A stretch of DNA of 64,000 nucleotides from Elusimicrobiota bacterium. Its GTDB lineage: Bacteria; Elusimicrobiota; Elusimicrobia; Elusimicrobiales; UBA9959. The translations under genes were made by a program, and so were the position numbers. Shown one piece after another: positions 19,928 through 28,568 of the stretch. Numbering within the stretch: position 1 is the stretch's first letter; the number at the start of each line of letters is the position of its first letter. A model generated the notes under the pieces. That model saw only the letters and a list, made by a program, of their open reading frames with translations. It was not told where the DNA came from and made no database searches. The DNA lies in NCBI GenBank assembly GCA_036574205.1, contig JAINCQ010000034.1, positions 7,352 through 71,351 on the forward strand, in the 5' to 3' direction.

Positions 19928-20050
19928 TTGCAAAATATCAGAAAGCTGTTGGACAGATTTTTAAGGCTGTGGAGCCGTAGAATAATATTTGTAAATCTAT
20001 TTAAAAGTGTGTAATAAAAAATAGCAGACTGAGCTGGGCGGTCAGTTCGG
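19928..20050 (+). repeat. Direct repeat R, copy 2 (degenerate hairpin end)
   Basis: About 97 nt near-identical to 17038-17134. It lacks the 15-nt segment atatatctccaataa of copy 1. The hairpin is degraded (gactgagc-tggg-cggtcagtt). Confidence 0.85.
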
Positions 20051-20417
20051 TTTTCTAGAATTGTTCGCATATATTTCATAGTTTTTCTGCTATAGGATAT
20101 AATAATTTAACTCCACTCTCAAAGACGGTCGTCTTTTAAAATGGAGTTGATAAAAATCAATCTAACGTATATTTAATTTTACTTCAAATTAAGATATTCT
20201 ATTTTAAAGATTAAGTTTGTAATTCAACACTCCTTTAGTTGGAGATTATATAAATTTCGGTTACATTTTAAATGAGTTGACATTGAATTTCATCATTGCC
20301 TTTTAGATGAGTTGATTTGCTTGATATAAAAATTTTTTAGAAAATTAATAGAATATAGTAGATTTGTAAACTATTTGATATATGAAGTATTATTTTGAAG
20401 ATTTTTAAGGAGATTTT

Positions 20418-21176
20418 ATGAAAATAGGGCTTTTTCAATATGATATAAAGTGGGAAGATAAAAATTTAAATAAGGAGAAGATTTTAAATATAATTGAATC
20501 ATCTCCTTATAAAAATAATATAGACTGGCTCATTTTCTCTGAGATGACGCTTTCCGGTTTTACTATGAACAGGGAGATTGCAACGCTCTCTGATTCAGAT
20601 AAGAGTTTCTTTTCAGATATTTCAAGGAAATATAATATGTATGTTTCATTTGGCGGGGTTGAAGAGGGGTGTAATAAATTGATAACTTTAAATAGAAAAG
20701 GTGAGAGAATAAGCGAGTATTCAAAAATTCATCTTTATGCATATGGTAAAGAAGACAGGTATTATAAAAAGGGAGAAAAAAGGGAAATATTTGAGATTGA
20801 TGGATTAAAGGTAATGCCTGCAATATGTTTTGATTTGAGATTCCCTTATCTTTTCTGGAATGTTGCAGAAAAAGTTGATGTGTATGTTGTGATAGCTGCC
20901 TGGCCTATGAAAAGATCTGAGCACTGGAAGACGCTTTTAAAGGCAAGGGCAATTGAAAATCAGGCGTATTGTTTTGGGGTTAATAGAATTGGTTTTGAAA
21001 ATAAAATAGAATACAGCGGGAATTCAATGGGATTTGACCCAATGGGAAATGTTTTGATAGATGCAAAAAATGCTGAGGGGATATTTGTAAATGAAGAGGA
21101 TATAAGGAAAGAGGTTGTTGTTGAAGTGAGGGAAAAATTTCCTTTTTTGAAGGAAAGATTGAAATTTAGTTTTTAA
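20418..21176 (+). CDS. Carbon-nitrogen hydrolase family protein (YafV/omega-amidase-like)
   Basis: 252 aa. The Glu-Lys-Cys triad context is present: LIFSEMTLSGF, YSKIHLY, PAICFDLRFPYLFW. Also AAWP...W..LLKARAIENQ. Confidence 0.85.
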   Translation: MKIGLFQYDIKWEDKNLNKEKILNIIESSPYKNNIDWLIFSEMTLSGFTMNREIATLSDSDKSFFSDISRKYNMYVSFGGVEEGCNKLITLNRKGERISEYSKIHLYAYGKEDRYYKKGEKREIFEIDGLKVMPAICFDLRFPYLFWNVAEKVDVYVVIAAWPMKRSEHWKTLLKARAIENQAYCFGVNRIGFENKIEYSGNSMGFDPMGNVLIDAKNAEGIFVNEEDIRKEVVVEVREKFPFLKERLKFSF

Positions 21177-21925
21177 AAAGGGTTGTTTGTTTCTATAAAT
21201 AATGTTTTAATTTTAAATTTCTTTGATATTATTTTCGAAAGTTCTTTTATGCCAAAAACCTCAGTTCTGTAATGTCCTGCTGAAACAAAGTTTGATCTGT
21301 ATTCCCTTGCAAGTTCATAAGCCTTCTCATCCCCTTCGCCAGTTATAAATATATCTGCTCCTTTTATAACTGCCTCTTCAAAAAAGTTAGTGCCACCACC
21401 TGAAACGACAGCTATTTTTTCTATAAGTTTTTTACCATAGTTTATGAATATGGCATTTTTATTTATTTCTTTTTTTATTTTATTTGCTATTTCTTCTAAT
21501 GAGATTTTTTTGGGAAGTTTTCCTATGAAGCCTATTTTAATTCCGTTATAGTCCCCAAAATTTTCAAAGTGTTTTATGTTAAAAATTTTCAATATGGATA
21601 TGTTATTGCCTATTTTTGGATGGATGTCAAGTGGAAGATGATATGCAGCAAGGTTTATCTCATTTTTAATCAATGGCTCTACTCTTTTTTTAAAAATTCC
21701 ACAGATTCGTATTGGTTTATTCCACAAGATACCATGATGTAAAATTATCATCTCCGCTTTTTCTTGAATTGCTTTTTCAACCAATTTGCTGGAATATGAG
21801 ACACCAAATAGAATTTTTTTTATCTCATCCTTTCCTTCCACCTGAAGACCGTTTTGTGAAGAATCTTTTATTTCATTTGCTTTAAGATAATTATTTAAAA
21901 AAGTTATTAGTTTATCTCTTTTCAT
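21173..21925 (-). CDS. Nif3-like dinuclear metal centre protein (YbgI/GTP cyclohydrolase I type 2 homologue)
   Basis: 250 aa. DSSQNGLQVEG near the N-terminus, MIILHHGILW, AYHLPLDIHP, and C-terminal SAGHYRTE. Confidence 0.85.
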   Translation of the reverse strand: MKRDKLITFLNNYLKANEIKDSSQNGLQVEGKDEIKKILFGVSYSSKLVEKAIQEKAEMIILHHGILWNKPIRICGIFKKRVEPLIKNEINLAAYHLPLDIHPKIGNNISILKIFNIKHFENFGDYNGIKIGFIGKLPKKISLEEIANKIKKEINKNAIFINYGKKLIEKIAVVSGGGTNFFEEAVIKGADIFITGEGDEKAYELAREYRSNFVSAGHYRTEVFGIKELSKIISKKFKIKTLFIETNNPF

Positions 21926-22252
21926 TAATCTCTCTTAAAATGAGGAATTTTTTCCGGCAGTTCCATTGATAGTTCTACATATCCAGCAAATCCATTTTTG
22001 TCTTCCCATGGAAATTGATATATAAGTTTTTTAACCCCATTTTTTTCTATGGTGTAAGTGTTGATGTATTTTTTTTCAAACATATTATTTATTTTTTTTA
22101 ATTGATTTTTCTTTATGGCAATCTCTCAGGTTTTTGCCTATAAAATTGCCAAATCTTTTGAATACTTCTTTAGCTTTTTCATTTGCTTTTATGATTTTCC
22201 CATTTTTATCTGTTACAGTAATTGCTATTGGAGCTTTTTTTATCCAGTTCAT
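21925..22252 (-). pseudogene. Small PAS-like protein gene split by a +1 frameshift at an A8 homopolymer
   Basis: Hand translation gives MNWIKKAPIAITVTDKNGKIIKANEKAKEVFKRFGNFIGKNLRDCHKEKSIKKNK, with a stop at 22085-22087. One nt later comes MFEKKYINTYTIEKNGVKKLIYQFPWEDKNGFAGYVELSMELPEKIPHFKRD. Removing one A from the run (T8 on the plus strand, 22092-22099) fuses them into a 108-aa PAS-like fold. The start overlaps the cysS stop (ATGA) and the stop overlaps the nif3 start (TAATG). Confidence 0.4.
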
Positions 22253-23646
22253 AATTTTTTTATCCTTGGACCTTTAAGGGTATCTTCAATTATATACCCT
22301 TTTTGTTTTAAGATTTCTCTTATCCCATCCGCTTTTTTAAAATCTTTCGTTTTTTTAAACTCATCCCTTTTTTTTGCAAGTTCAAGTATATCTCCCGGTA
22401 TAATTATCTCATCTTTCTTCAATAAGTCAAGTGAAAGAACCTCATCAAATTTTTTAATAAGGGAAAGTTTTTCAATGTTTTTTAATTTTTTGTCTCTTAT
22501 AACTTCCCATACCACAGCTAATGTTCTGGGAATATTTAAATCATTTGAAATTGCTTCAACAAAATCAATATAGTAATTTGATTTTTTATCGCAATCTGCT
22601 ATATCATTTTGGTTGGCGCCTTCCATTAATTCTGCTATGGAATTTTTTAGATGGTTATAACCATTTTTTGCGCTTTCAAGAGCCTCAAAAGAAAATTCAA
22701 GTTGTTTTCTATAATGAGCCTGAGAACAAAAATATCTATAATGAAGTGGGGAAAAACCTCTGTCTTTTAGTGATTTAAGTGTTATAAAATTGCCGGTGGA
22801 TTTTGACATCTTTTCATTTTGAGAAAGTACTAAAAATTCAGCGTGCGCCCAGTAGTTGACAAATGGTTTTCCAGTGGCTCCTTCAGATTGAGCTATTTCA
22901 TTTGTATGATGAACTTGTATGTGGTCAATTCCGCCACAATGTATATCAAGGGTTTCGCCTAAATATTTCATGCTCATTGCTGAGCACTCTATATGCCAGC
23001 CCGGAAAACCAACTCCCCATGGTGAGTCCCATTCCATCTGTCTTTTTTTATCCTTTGGTGAAAACTTCCATAAAGCAAAATCAGTGGGATTTTTTTTCTC
23101 TTTATTAAATTCTATCCTTGCGCCTTCCTTTATTCCTTTGATATGAGATTCACCCATTAGTTTGTGATAATCTTTAAATTTTGATGTGTCGTAGTAAATA
23201 CCATCTGATGTTTTGTAGGTATAGCCCTTTTCTTCAAGTTTTTTTATTAAATCTATCATCTCTTTTATATGGTCTGTAGCTTTGGGAAGAATCTTTGGGA
23301 TATCACAGTTTAATTCTTTCATATTTTCAATAAAAGCATTTGTATAAAAACTGGCTATATCCCAGGCGTTTTTGCCTTCCCTTTGGGCTCCTATTTCTAT
23401 TTTGTCTTCTCCCTCATCGGCATCGCTTGTAAGATGTCCAACATCGGTTATATTCATAACCCTTATAACCTTATATCCTAAAAACTTAAATGTTTTTTCA
23501 AGGAAATCTTCAAATATAAAGGTTCTTAAATTTCCTATGTGAACATAGTTATAAACTGTTGGCCCGCAGGTGTATATTTTAACAACACCATTTTCTAATG
23601 TTTTTATTTCTTCTATTTTTCTGGAAAGAGTGTTATATATTTTCAT
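22249..23646 (-). CDS. cysS: Cysteine--tRNA ligase
   Basis: 465 aa. HIGH-type YNYVHIGNLRT, KMSKSTGN, and the Zn-ligand context HIECS / HCGGIDH. Confidence 0.95.
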   Translation of the reverse strand: MKIYNTLSRKIEEIKTLENGVVKIYTCGPTVYNYVHIGNLRTFIFEDFLEKTFKFLGYKVIRVMNITDVGHLTSDADEGEDKIEIGAQREGKNAWDIASFYTNAFIENMKELNCDIPKILPKATDHIKEMIDLIKKLEEKGYTYKTSDGIYYDTSKFKDYHKLMGESHIKGIKEGARIEFNKEKKNPTDFALWKFSPKDKKRQMEWDSPWGVGFPGWHIECSAMSMKYLGETLDIHCGGIDHIQVHHTNEIAQSEGATGKPFVNYWAHAEFLVLSQNEKMSKSTGNFITLKSLKDRGFSPLHYRYFCSQAHYRKQLEFSFEALESAKNGYNHLKNSIAELMEGANQNDIADCDKKSNYYIDFVEAISNDLNIPRTLAVVWEVIRDKKLKNIEKLSLIKKFDEVLSLDLLKKDEIIIPGDILELAKKRDEFKKTKDFKKADGIREILKQKGYIIEDTLKGPRIKKL

Positions 23647-24050
23647 TTTATCTCCAATTTTATTTTTTCATATTCAAAATCTAATTTTTTAAAGAACTCG
23701 TTGCACACTTCTTCTACTTTTGATGCAGAAATATTATTATCTGATATGCAATCAACTTTAATTTCTGAAAATGGGTAAATAGCGCCTTCAGGTTTTATTG
23801 AATATGTAAAGTTCAAATTATATTTTTCTAATGTTTTTTGATATGATGCTTCTATTTTTGATTTGAATTTTTCTTCAAATTCATAATCCTGAACTTTTTT
23901 TAATTTATATAAACGAGAGATAATTGATAGTGATTGTTTGTTATCAACGGGGTTATGAATATACAGTTTTTTATCCATTGTTTTACATGAATATAAAAAC
24001 GTTATTAAGAAAATTATTTGTATATTTTTACTGTGCTTACAGAATAGCAT
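23643..24050 (-). CDS. Hypothetical small lipoprotein
   Basis: 135 aa. N-terminus MLFCKHSKNIQIIFLITFLYSC with a lipobox-like LYSC. Overlaps the ispF 3' end by 37 nt and the cysS start by 4 nt. No family recognised. Confidence 0.45.
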   Translation of the reverse strand: MLFCKHSKNIQIIFLITFLYSCKTMDKKLYIHNPVDNKQSLSIISRLYKLKKVQDYEFEEKFKSKIEASYQKTLEKYNLNFTYSIKPEGAIYPFSEIKVDCISDNNISASKVEEVCNEFFKKLDFEYEKIKLEIK

Positions 24051-24520
24051 ATTATTCCTTCGCCTTTTCCTATATCTCCAAGTCCTTCCATAGTTTTGGC
24101 TTTTATATTTACATCAGTTTGGCTGATTTTAAATATTTTTGATATTGATTTTTTCATTTGCTCATAATATGGTTTTAGTTTTGGTTCTTCAGCTACTATT
24201 GTAACATCAATTTGATTTATTTCTGCATTTTTAGATTCAAGAATATTAAGTATTTTCTCAGCTATTGCAACGCTTGATATCCCCATTATTGTAAGATCTG
24301 TGGGAGGGAAATATATTCCTATCTCACCTTCTCCTATAGCGCCAAGCAGGCTATCGCATATAGAGTGAATAACCACATCGCCGTCAGAATGTCCAAGCAT
24401 TCCCTTTTTATTCTTGATTTCAATGCCAGCTATTATCAATTTTCTTCCTTCTACAAGTCTGTGGACATCAAATCCAAATCCTACTCTTATCTCAGGTGTT
24501 TTGTTTCCGTTGTTATTCAT
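24014..24520 (-). CDS. ispF: 2-C-methyl-D-erythritol 2,4-cyclodiphosphate synthase
   Basis: 168 aa. GFGFDVHRL, GHSDGDVVIHS, and a typical IspF C-terminal half. Confidence 0.93.
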   Translation of the reverse strand: MNNNGNKTPEIRVGFGFDVHRLVEGRKLIIAGIEIKNKKGMLGHSDGDVVIHSICDSLLGAIGEGEIGIYFPPTDLTIMGISSVAIAEKILNILESKNAEINQIDVTIVAEEPKLKPYYEQMKKSISKIFKISQTDVNIKAKTMEGLGDIGKGEGIICYSVSTVKIYK

Positions 24521-24535
24521 TAATCTCCTCCGTTA

Positions 24536-25234
24536 TTACAAGTGTTTTTGCGGTTTAAATGGGATATGAAATATTATCTTTGCTATTTCAAGATCTATGG
24601 GGGTTGTAATTTTTATATTATTTTCTTCTCCCAAAGCTCCAAATACCGGTATTGAAAGTTTTTCGGCTATCTGGGAATCGTCTGTCGCGTTTTTGTTTTT
24701 TTGCGCGGCAATAATTATTTTTTTAAAAACTGAGAATTTATAACATTGAGGGGTCTGAACCGCAAAATGCGAGTTTCTGTCTATTGTTTTTATTACTTTG
24801 CCTGTTTTTATATCAATTTTTTTTACTGTGTCTTTTAAAGGAATAAATGGAATAACACAATTATGTTTTAAGGCTAATTTTGAAAACCTGTTTATCATAT
24901 CAATTGAAATAAAAGGCCTTGCGCCATCGTGAACCATTACCGCATCACAGTTTTTATCCAGAAATTTTGAAGCGTTTATAAGCGATTCTATTCTTGTTTC
25001 TCCGCCTTTGACGATAACCAGATTTTTATCACCGGAAAATTTTATCTTTCTTTTAAGATTTCTTTTAGATAGCACAAGAATTATTTTCGTTACTTTTTCC
25101 GCATGAGCAAATTTGTCAATTACTATTTCTATCAGATTCCTGCCGTTTATTTTGAAAAATATTTTATCTTTCTTTGCTCTCTTTGATTGACCGGCTGCCA
25201 GAATTATGACGTTTATATTGGGATTACCTTTCAT
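24536..25234 (-). CDS. ispD: 2-C-methyl-D-erythritol 4-phosphate cytidylyltransferase
   Basis: 232 aa. VIILAAGQSKR (P-loop-like), VHDGARPF, and position directly upstream of ispF. Confidence 0.9.
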   Translation of the reverse strand: MKGNPNINVIILAAGQSKRAKKDKIFFKINGRNLIEIVIDKFAHAEKVTKIILVLSKRNLKRKIKFSGDKNLVIVKGGETRIESLINASKFLDKNCDAVMVHDGARPFISIDMINRFSKLALKHNCVIPFIPLKDTVKKIDIKTGKVIKTIDRNSHFAVQTPQCYKFSVFKKIIIAAQKNKNATDDSQIAEKLSIPVFGALGEENNIKITTPIDLEIAKIIFHIPFKPQKHL

Positions 25235-26000
25235 TAATCTTTATTTTTGAAAAAATTATTCTTCCGTTTGGATTTTGCAAAATGGATTGAACCCTTACAT
25301 CTACTTTTCTCCCTATATATTGATGGCCATCTTCTACAACAACCATAGTTCCGTCATCAAGATACCCGACCCCTTGATTTCTTTCTTTCCCTTCTTTCAT
25401 AATAAAGATATTCATTTCCTCGCCAGGTAATATTATCGGTTTTAGCGCAAGGGAAAGATCATTTATATTAAGAACAGGGACATTTTCAATTGTCCCATTT
25501 TTTGTCATTGAAAATTCGGTTGTAATTATTGATGCTTTCATATCTTTTGCAAGTTTTACTATCTTTTGATCTATATTTTCTTCTTCATAATTTTGTGAAA
25601 GTATTTTAAATGGAAGGATTTCGTTTTCTCCGAGTCTTGCTATAACATCAAGTCCGCGGCGACCTTTTGCCTTTTCTATCTGGTTTTCAGAGTTTGATAA
25701 TTTTTGAAGGTGCTCCATCACAAACTTTGGAACGATAAGTGTTCCGCTTAAAAACCTTGACTTTATTATGTCTATTATTCTTCCATCTATAATAGATGAT
25801 TCATCAAGAATTTTTATATCTTTTTTAATAGTTTTAAATATGCATTTTTCAAAACCTAATGCCTTTGCTGATTCTGAAGCAAGAAATATCATTGTTGATG
25901 CAATAATGGAAAATATCAACCCACCTGATCCATAAGTTTTATAGGTATATACTTCAACACCAAAAAAAATTAATCCAAACAGTACAAATAATATTTTCAT
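25224..26000 (-). CDS. PIN/TRAM-domain membrane protein (YacL-like)
   Basis: 258 aa. Two N-terminal TM segments, a PIN-like core, and a C-terminal TRAM-like beta region (GHQYIGRKVDVRVQSILQNPNGRIIFSK). Sits upstream of ispD-ispF, as yacL does in other bacteria. Confidence 0.75.
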   Translation of the reverse strand: MKILFVLFGLIFFGVEVYTYKTYGSGGLIFSIIASTMIFLASESAKALGFEKCIFKTIKKDIKILDESSIIDGRIIDIIKSRFLSGTLIVPKFVMEHLQKLSNSENQIEKAKGRRGLDVIARLGENEILPFKILSQNYEEENIDQKIVKLAKDMKASIITTEFSMTKNGTIENVPVLNINDLSLALKPIILPGEEMNIFIMKEGKERNQGVGYLDDGTMVVVEDGHQYIGRKVDVRVQSILQNPNGRIIFSKIKINER

Positions 26001-26210
26001 AAAATGCCTCTTAATGATATTTTACAAAATTTGATAGAACTCAGTTAATCTTAAGGATCAAATATTTAATTATTTTCTTCTAACTTGCTATTTTCTTTTT
26101 TAAAAAATCCACAATTTTAATATGGGGCTTGACTTTATCAAAAAAACCTGTTAAAAATATAATTGGGTTGCCCCAAAGAATACAGTGTTATTTGGCGGGG
26201 ATGGAGTACT

Positions 26211-27419
26211 ATGAGAGATAGAAGGAAAAAAGTTTTTTTTATGTCATTGCTTGCTTTCCTTGTAACTGCAAGCGGGGTTTATGTCTTTTTTATATTTGAC
26301 GCTGTAAACGATTTAAAGTCAAGACCATATTTTGCCACACAATATTCTGGAGCTAAAAGGGTCATAATACCCGTTCTTAAGTATTTGGGAGTTGTAGACA
26401 CCGAGGCTGTTTCAGATCCTAAAAAAATTTCAGAGGAAGATATAGAAAAAGCCTCTGAGATGATTAGAAATAATTCAGTTTCAACTCAGGATATGAACGA
26501 ATTTCAAAATGTTAAAAACGATTCTTCTTCATCTGGCGTGTATTCATATTCTGCTTATGGAAAGGGATCTAAAGCCAGTTCAAAATTGTCATCTCAGCTT
26601 TCGGGAGATTCTACGCTAGGTTCAAGCGCTTCGAATACAAGCGCTTTAAAAGTTGGCGAGGGGTTTAGTTCAAAAACAGGGGCTAATAATATTGAGATAC
26701 AAAAAAATACAAACTTTCAGAAAAACAAAACAGATGTAGCTAATAATCTTGTCTCCAGACTTAATGCCACAAAAACATTAATGGCAAGCGCATTAAATGC
26801 TAAATCTGCGGATGCCTCAAGAATGGATTGGGAAAAAGGTTTTTCTGGATCTATTAAGCCCGAAAATAAAATGCTTTATAAAAATAACTCTATTGAATTG
26901 GATAAGATGAAGGCTGGAGTAATGGATTTAAAAATGGCTGATGAAAAAGGACTTAAGGCTCCAGATGTTGGAAAGCCTCAAATAGATAGCGAATCAGTAT
27001 CAGCTGATAAAACAAAGGAATTAATGAAGTCGCTTACAGAAAATATAGCGCAGTCAATGATAAGCTCGTTGGGAAGTGGCCTTGGCGCAGGGATGGGAGG
27101 AGGTGGAGGAAGCGGGGAGATGGATGGTGTTGGGGGAGATATTAGAGGAGGGGATATTCCTTCTCAAATCAAAAATGAGGTTGATAAGTGGAAGTTTAAT
27201 CCTCAGGAAAATGTTCAGACAACCTTTTTCCCTTGTGGAATGATTGATTGTGATAAAATGGGTGTTTCAGGCGGTGGACTGTATAAAGCATATTTTCCAG
27301 ATGGATTTGTGCTTTCTTTAAGTCCCAGTGGCCAACCACTTAATTATTATTATTGTGTTTCTCCAAATAATGAAGCAGCTTTTTTGCAAAATTATCAAAC
27401 ATATGTCCTCGGTAATTAA
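26211..27419 (+). CDS. Hypothetical membrane-anchored low-complexity protein, paralogue family member A
   Basis: The track ORF 26163..27419 starts at TTG. The ATG at 26211 has a GGAG 5 nt upstream and gives MRDRRKKVFFMSLLAFLVTASGVYVFFIF (basic stretch plus TM). Then a Ser/Gly/Asn-rich region, a GGGGGSG tract, and a Cys-containing C-terminal module (FFPCGMIDCDKMG...YYYCVSP). Confidence 0.65.
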   Translation: MRDRRKKVFFMSLLAFLVTASGVYVFFIFDAVNDLKSRPYFATQYSGAKRVIIPVLKYLGVVDTEAVSDPKKISEEDIEKASEMIRNNSVSTQDMNEFQNVKNDSSSSGVYSYSAYGKGSKASSKLSSQLSGDSTLGSSASNTSALKVGEGFSSKTGANNIEIQKNTNFQKNKTDVANNLVSRLNATKTLMASALNAKSADASRMDWEKGFSGSIKPENKMLYKNNSIELDKMKAGVMDLKMADEKGLKAPDVGKPQIDSESVSADKTKELMKSLTENIAQSMISSLGSGLGAGMGGGGGSGEMDGVGGDIRGGDIPSQIKNEVDKWKFNPQENVQTTFFPCGMIDCDKMGVSGGGLYKAYFPDGFVLSLSPSGQPLNYYYCVSPNNEAAFLQNYQTYVLGN

Positions 27420-27500
27420 TTCAGAGCTAAAATATTTTTTTGTTTCTGATTTAATCTTGTTTTGATCCAAAAAGTTTTCATGAATTTCTATAAGGGGGGG

Positions 27501-27529
27501 TTGACAAGTCAAATATTTTCTGCTATAAC
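27501..27529 (+). promoter_or_regulatory. Near-consensus sigma70-type promoter for genes B-E
   Basis: TTGACA (27501-27506), a 17-nt spacer, then TATAAC (27524-27529), 65 nt upstream of the ATG at 27594. Confidence 0.5.
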
Positions 27530-27593
27530 ATAAATAACTTCTACCCAAACTATGTGTTTTGGGTGAAGGAGTTGGATATTTTTAGGCGGAAAG

Positions 27594-28553
27594 ATGAATA
27601 TTATAAGCGTACAAAACAAAAAAAAGAAAACACAATATATAATAGCGTCTATAATAGCCATATCAGTTCTTTTTATTTGGGTAAGCATTCCACTTTTAAA
27701 TAAATCAAGCTGGGATACAAGCGTTTCAAATCCTTATGGGATGGCAAAAAAATCAGGTGATTTATCTCTTGCTGATTCTGCCGGGGTAGACGCGCCAGGG
27801 CAGCCTTTAGATGGTTCTATGATAGATAATCCAGCCACAACTCTTGATCTTGAAGCCTCTTCGCTTTTTAAAATGCCAGACAGCGATATAAATTATGAAG
27901 AAGATTCATCCCAAAAGACTACTGCTTCTATAGATTCAAATGTTTCGGCACCGGGGGTCTCTGCCCCTTCGGTTGGAGGGTTTAACGGAAAAGCCAAGCT
28001 CAATAAACTTCCGTCTTTATCAGGAGGAAATTCTGGATCGCTGACTCTGGGTCAAACCCATAATAAGTTTTTTGGACAGGAAACGGCAAAGGCAAATTTA
28101 GTGCCTTTAAATGACTCAACAGATATTAAATCATCAAAGAAAAATTTTGCTTTGGAAGCTTTGAAAAAGGCAGAGCAAAACAGTGTTATGGCTGCAAAAA
28201 CTGAAAATGCTGATGCTGCTAAATCGGCGGCGTCAAGCGCTTTTGAGAAAACCCAGAAGTTTGATGAATTGTTTTTGAATAGCAAAGATGAAAAAGAATA
28301 TCATTCAAGCGGGCTTGAATTTGCAGAGGCTGAAAGCGATTTGAAAAAAAACGATCCAAGCGTAAGCAAGAAGAAAATATCGCTTCCTCAACCTTCAAAA
28401 GACGAGGATGAGAGCAAAAAGATGGAAGAACAGATGAAACAGATGCTTTTGCAAATGATAATTCAGGCAACACTGGGACAGGTCTTTGGGGCTATGGGAC
28501 AGATGATGGCTATGCAGATCTGTCCTGAATGTTATAAAAAGAAAACTAATTAG
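27594..28553 (+). CDS. Hypothetical membrane-anchored low-complexity protein, paralogue family member B
   Basis: 319 aa. N-terminus KKKKTQYIIASIIAISVLFIWVSIPLL (basic stretch plus TM). A Ser/Asp/Lys-rich middle. Met/Gln-rich hydrophobic tail QMLLQMIIQATLGQVFGAMGQMMAMQICPECY. Confidence 0.65.
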   Translation: MNIISVQNKKKKTQYIIASIIAISVLFIWVSIPLLNKSSWDTSVSNPYGMAKKSGDLSLADSAGVDAPGQPLDGSMIDNPATTLDLEASSLFKMPDSDINYEEDSSQKTTASIDSNVSAPGVSAPSVGGFNGKAKLNKLPSLSGGNSGSLTLGQTHNKFFGQETAKANLVPLNDSTDIKSSKKNFALEALKKAEQNSVMAAKTENADAAKSAASSAFEKTQKFDELFLNSKDEKEYHSSGLEFAEAESDLKKNDPSVSKKKISLPQPSKDEDESKKMEEQMKQMLLQMIIQATLGQVFGAMGQMMAMQICPECYKKKTN

Positions 28554-28568
28554 TTTTTAGGAGGGTAT

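Noticed and set aside
14769-20400. Intact prophage or integrative element at tRNA-Asp
   Set aside because: There is no integrase, excisionase, or replication or structural module. I found no fourth copy of the tRNA core further downstream to mark a far boundary. It is better described as an eroded island.
22115-22573. 152-aa plus-strand ORF in the track
   Set aside because: It lies antisense to the 3' end of cysS and to the PAS-like ORF. Its translation is Phe/Ser/Ile-rich low-complexity sequence with no motif. The minus-strand genes carry unambiguous signatures.
26163-26210. TTG start given by the ORF track for gene A (adds MGCPKEYSVIWRGWST)
   Set aside because: The ATG at 26211 has a GGAG RBS at the right spacing and yields a typical basic-then-hydrophobic N-terminus like the other paralogues.
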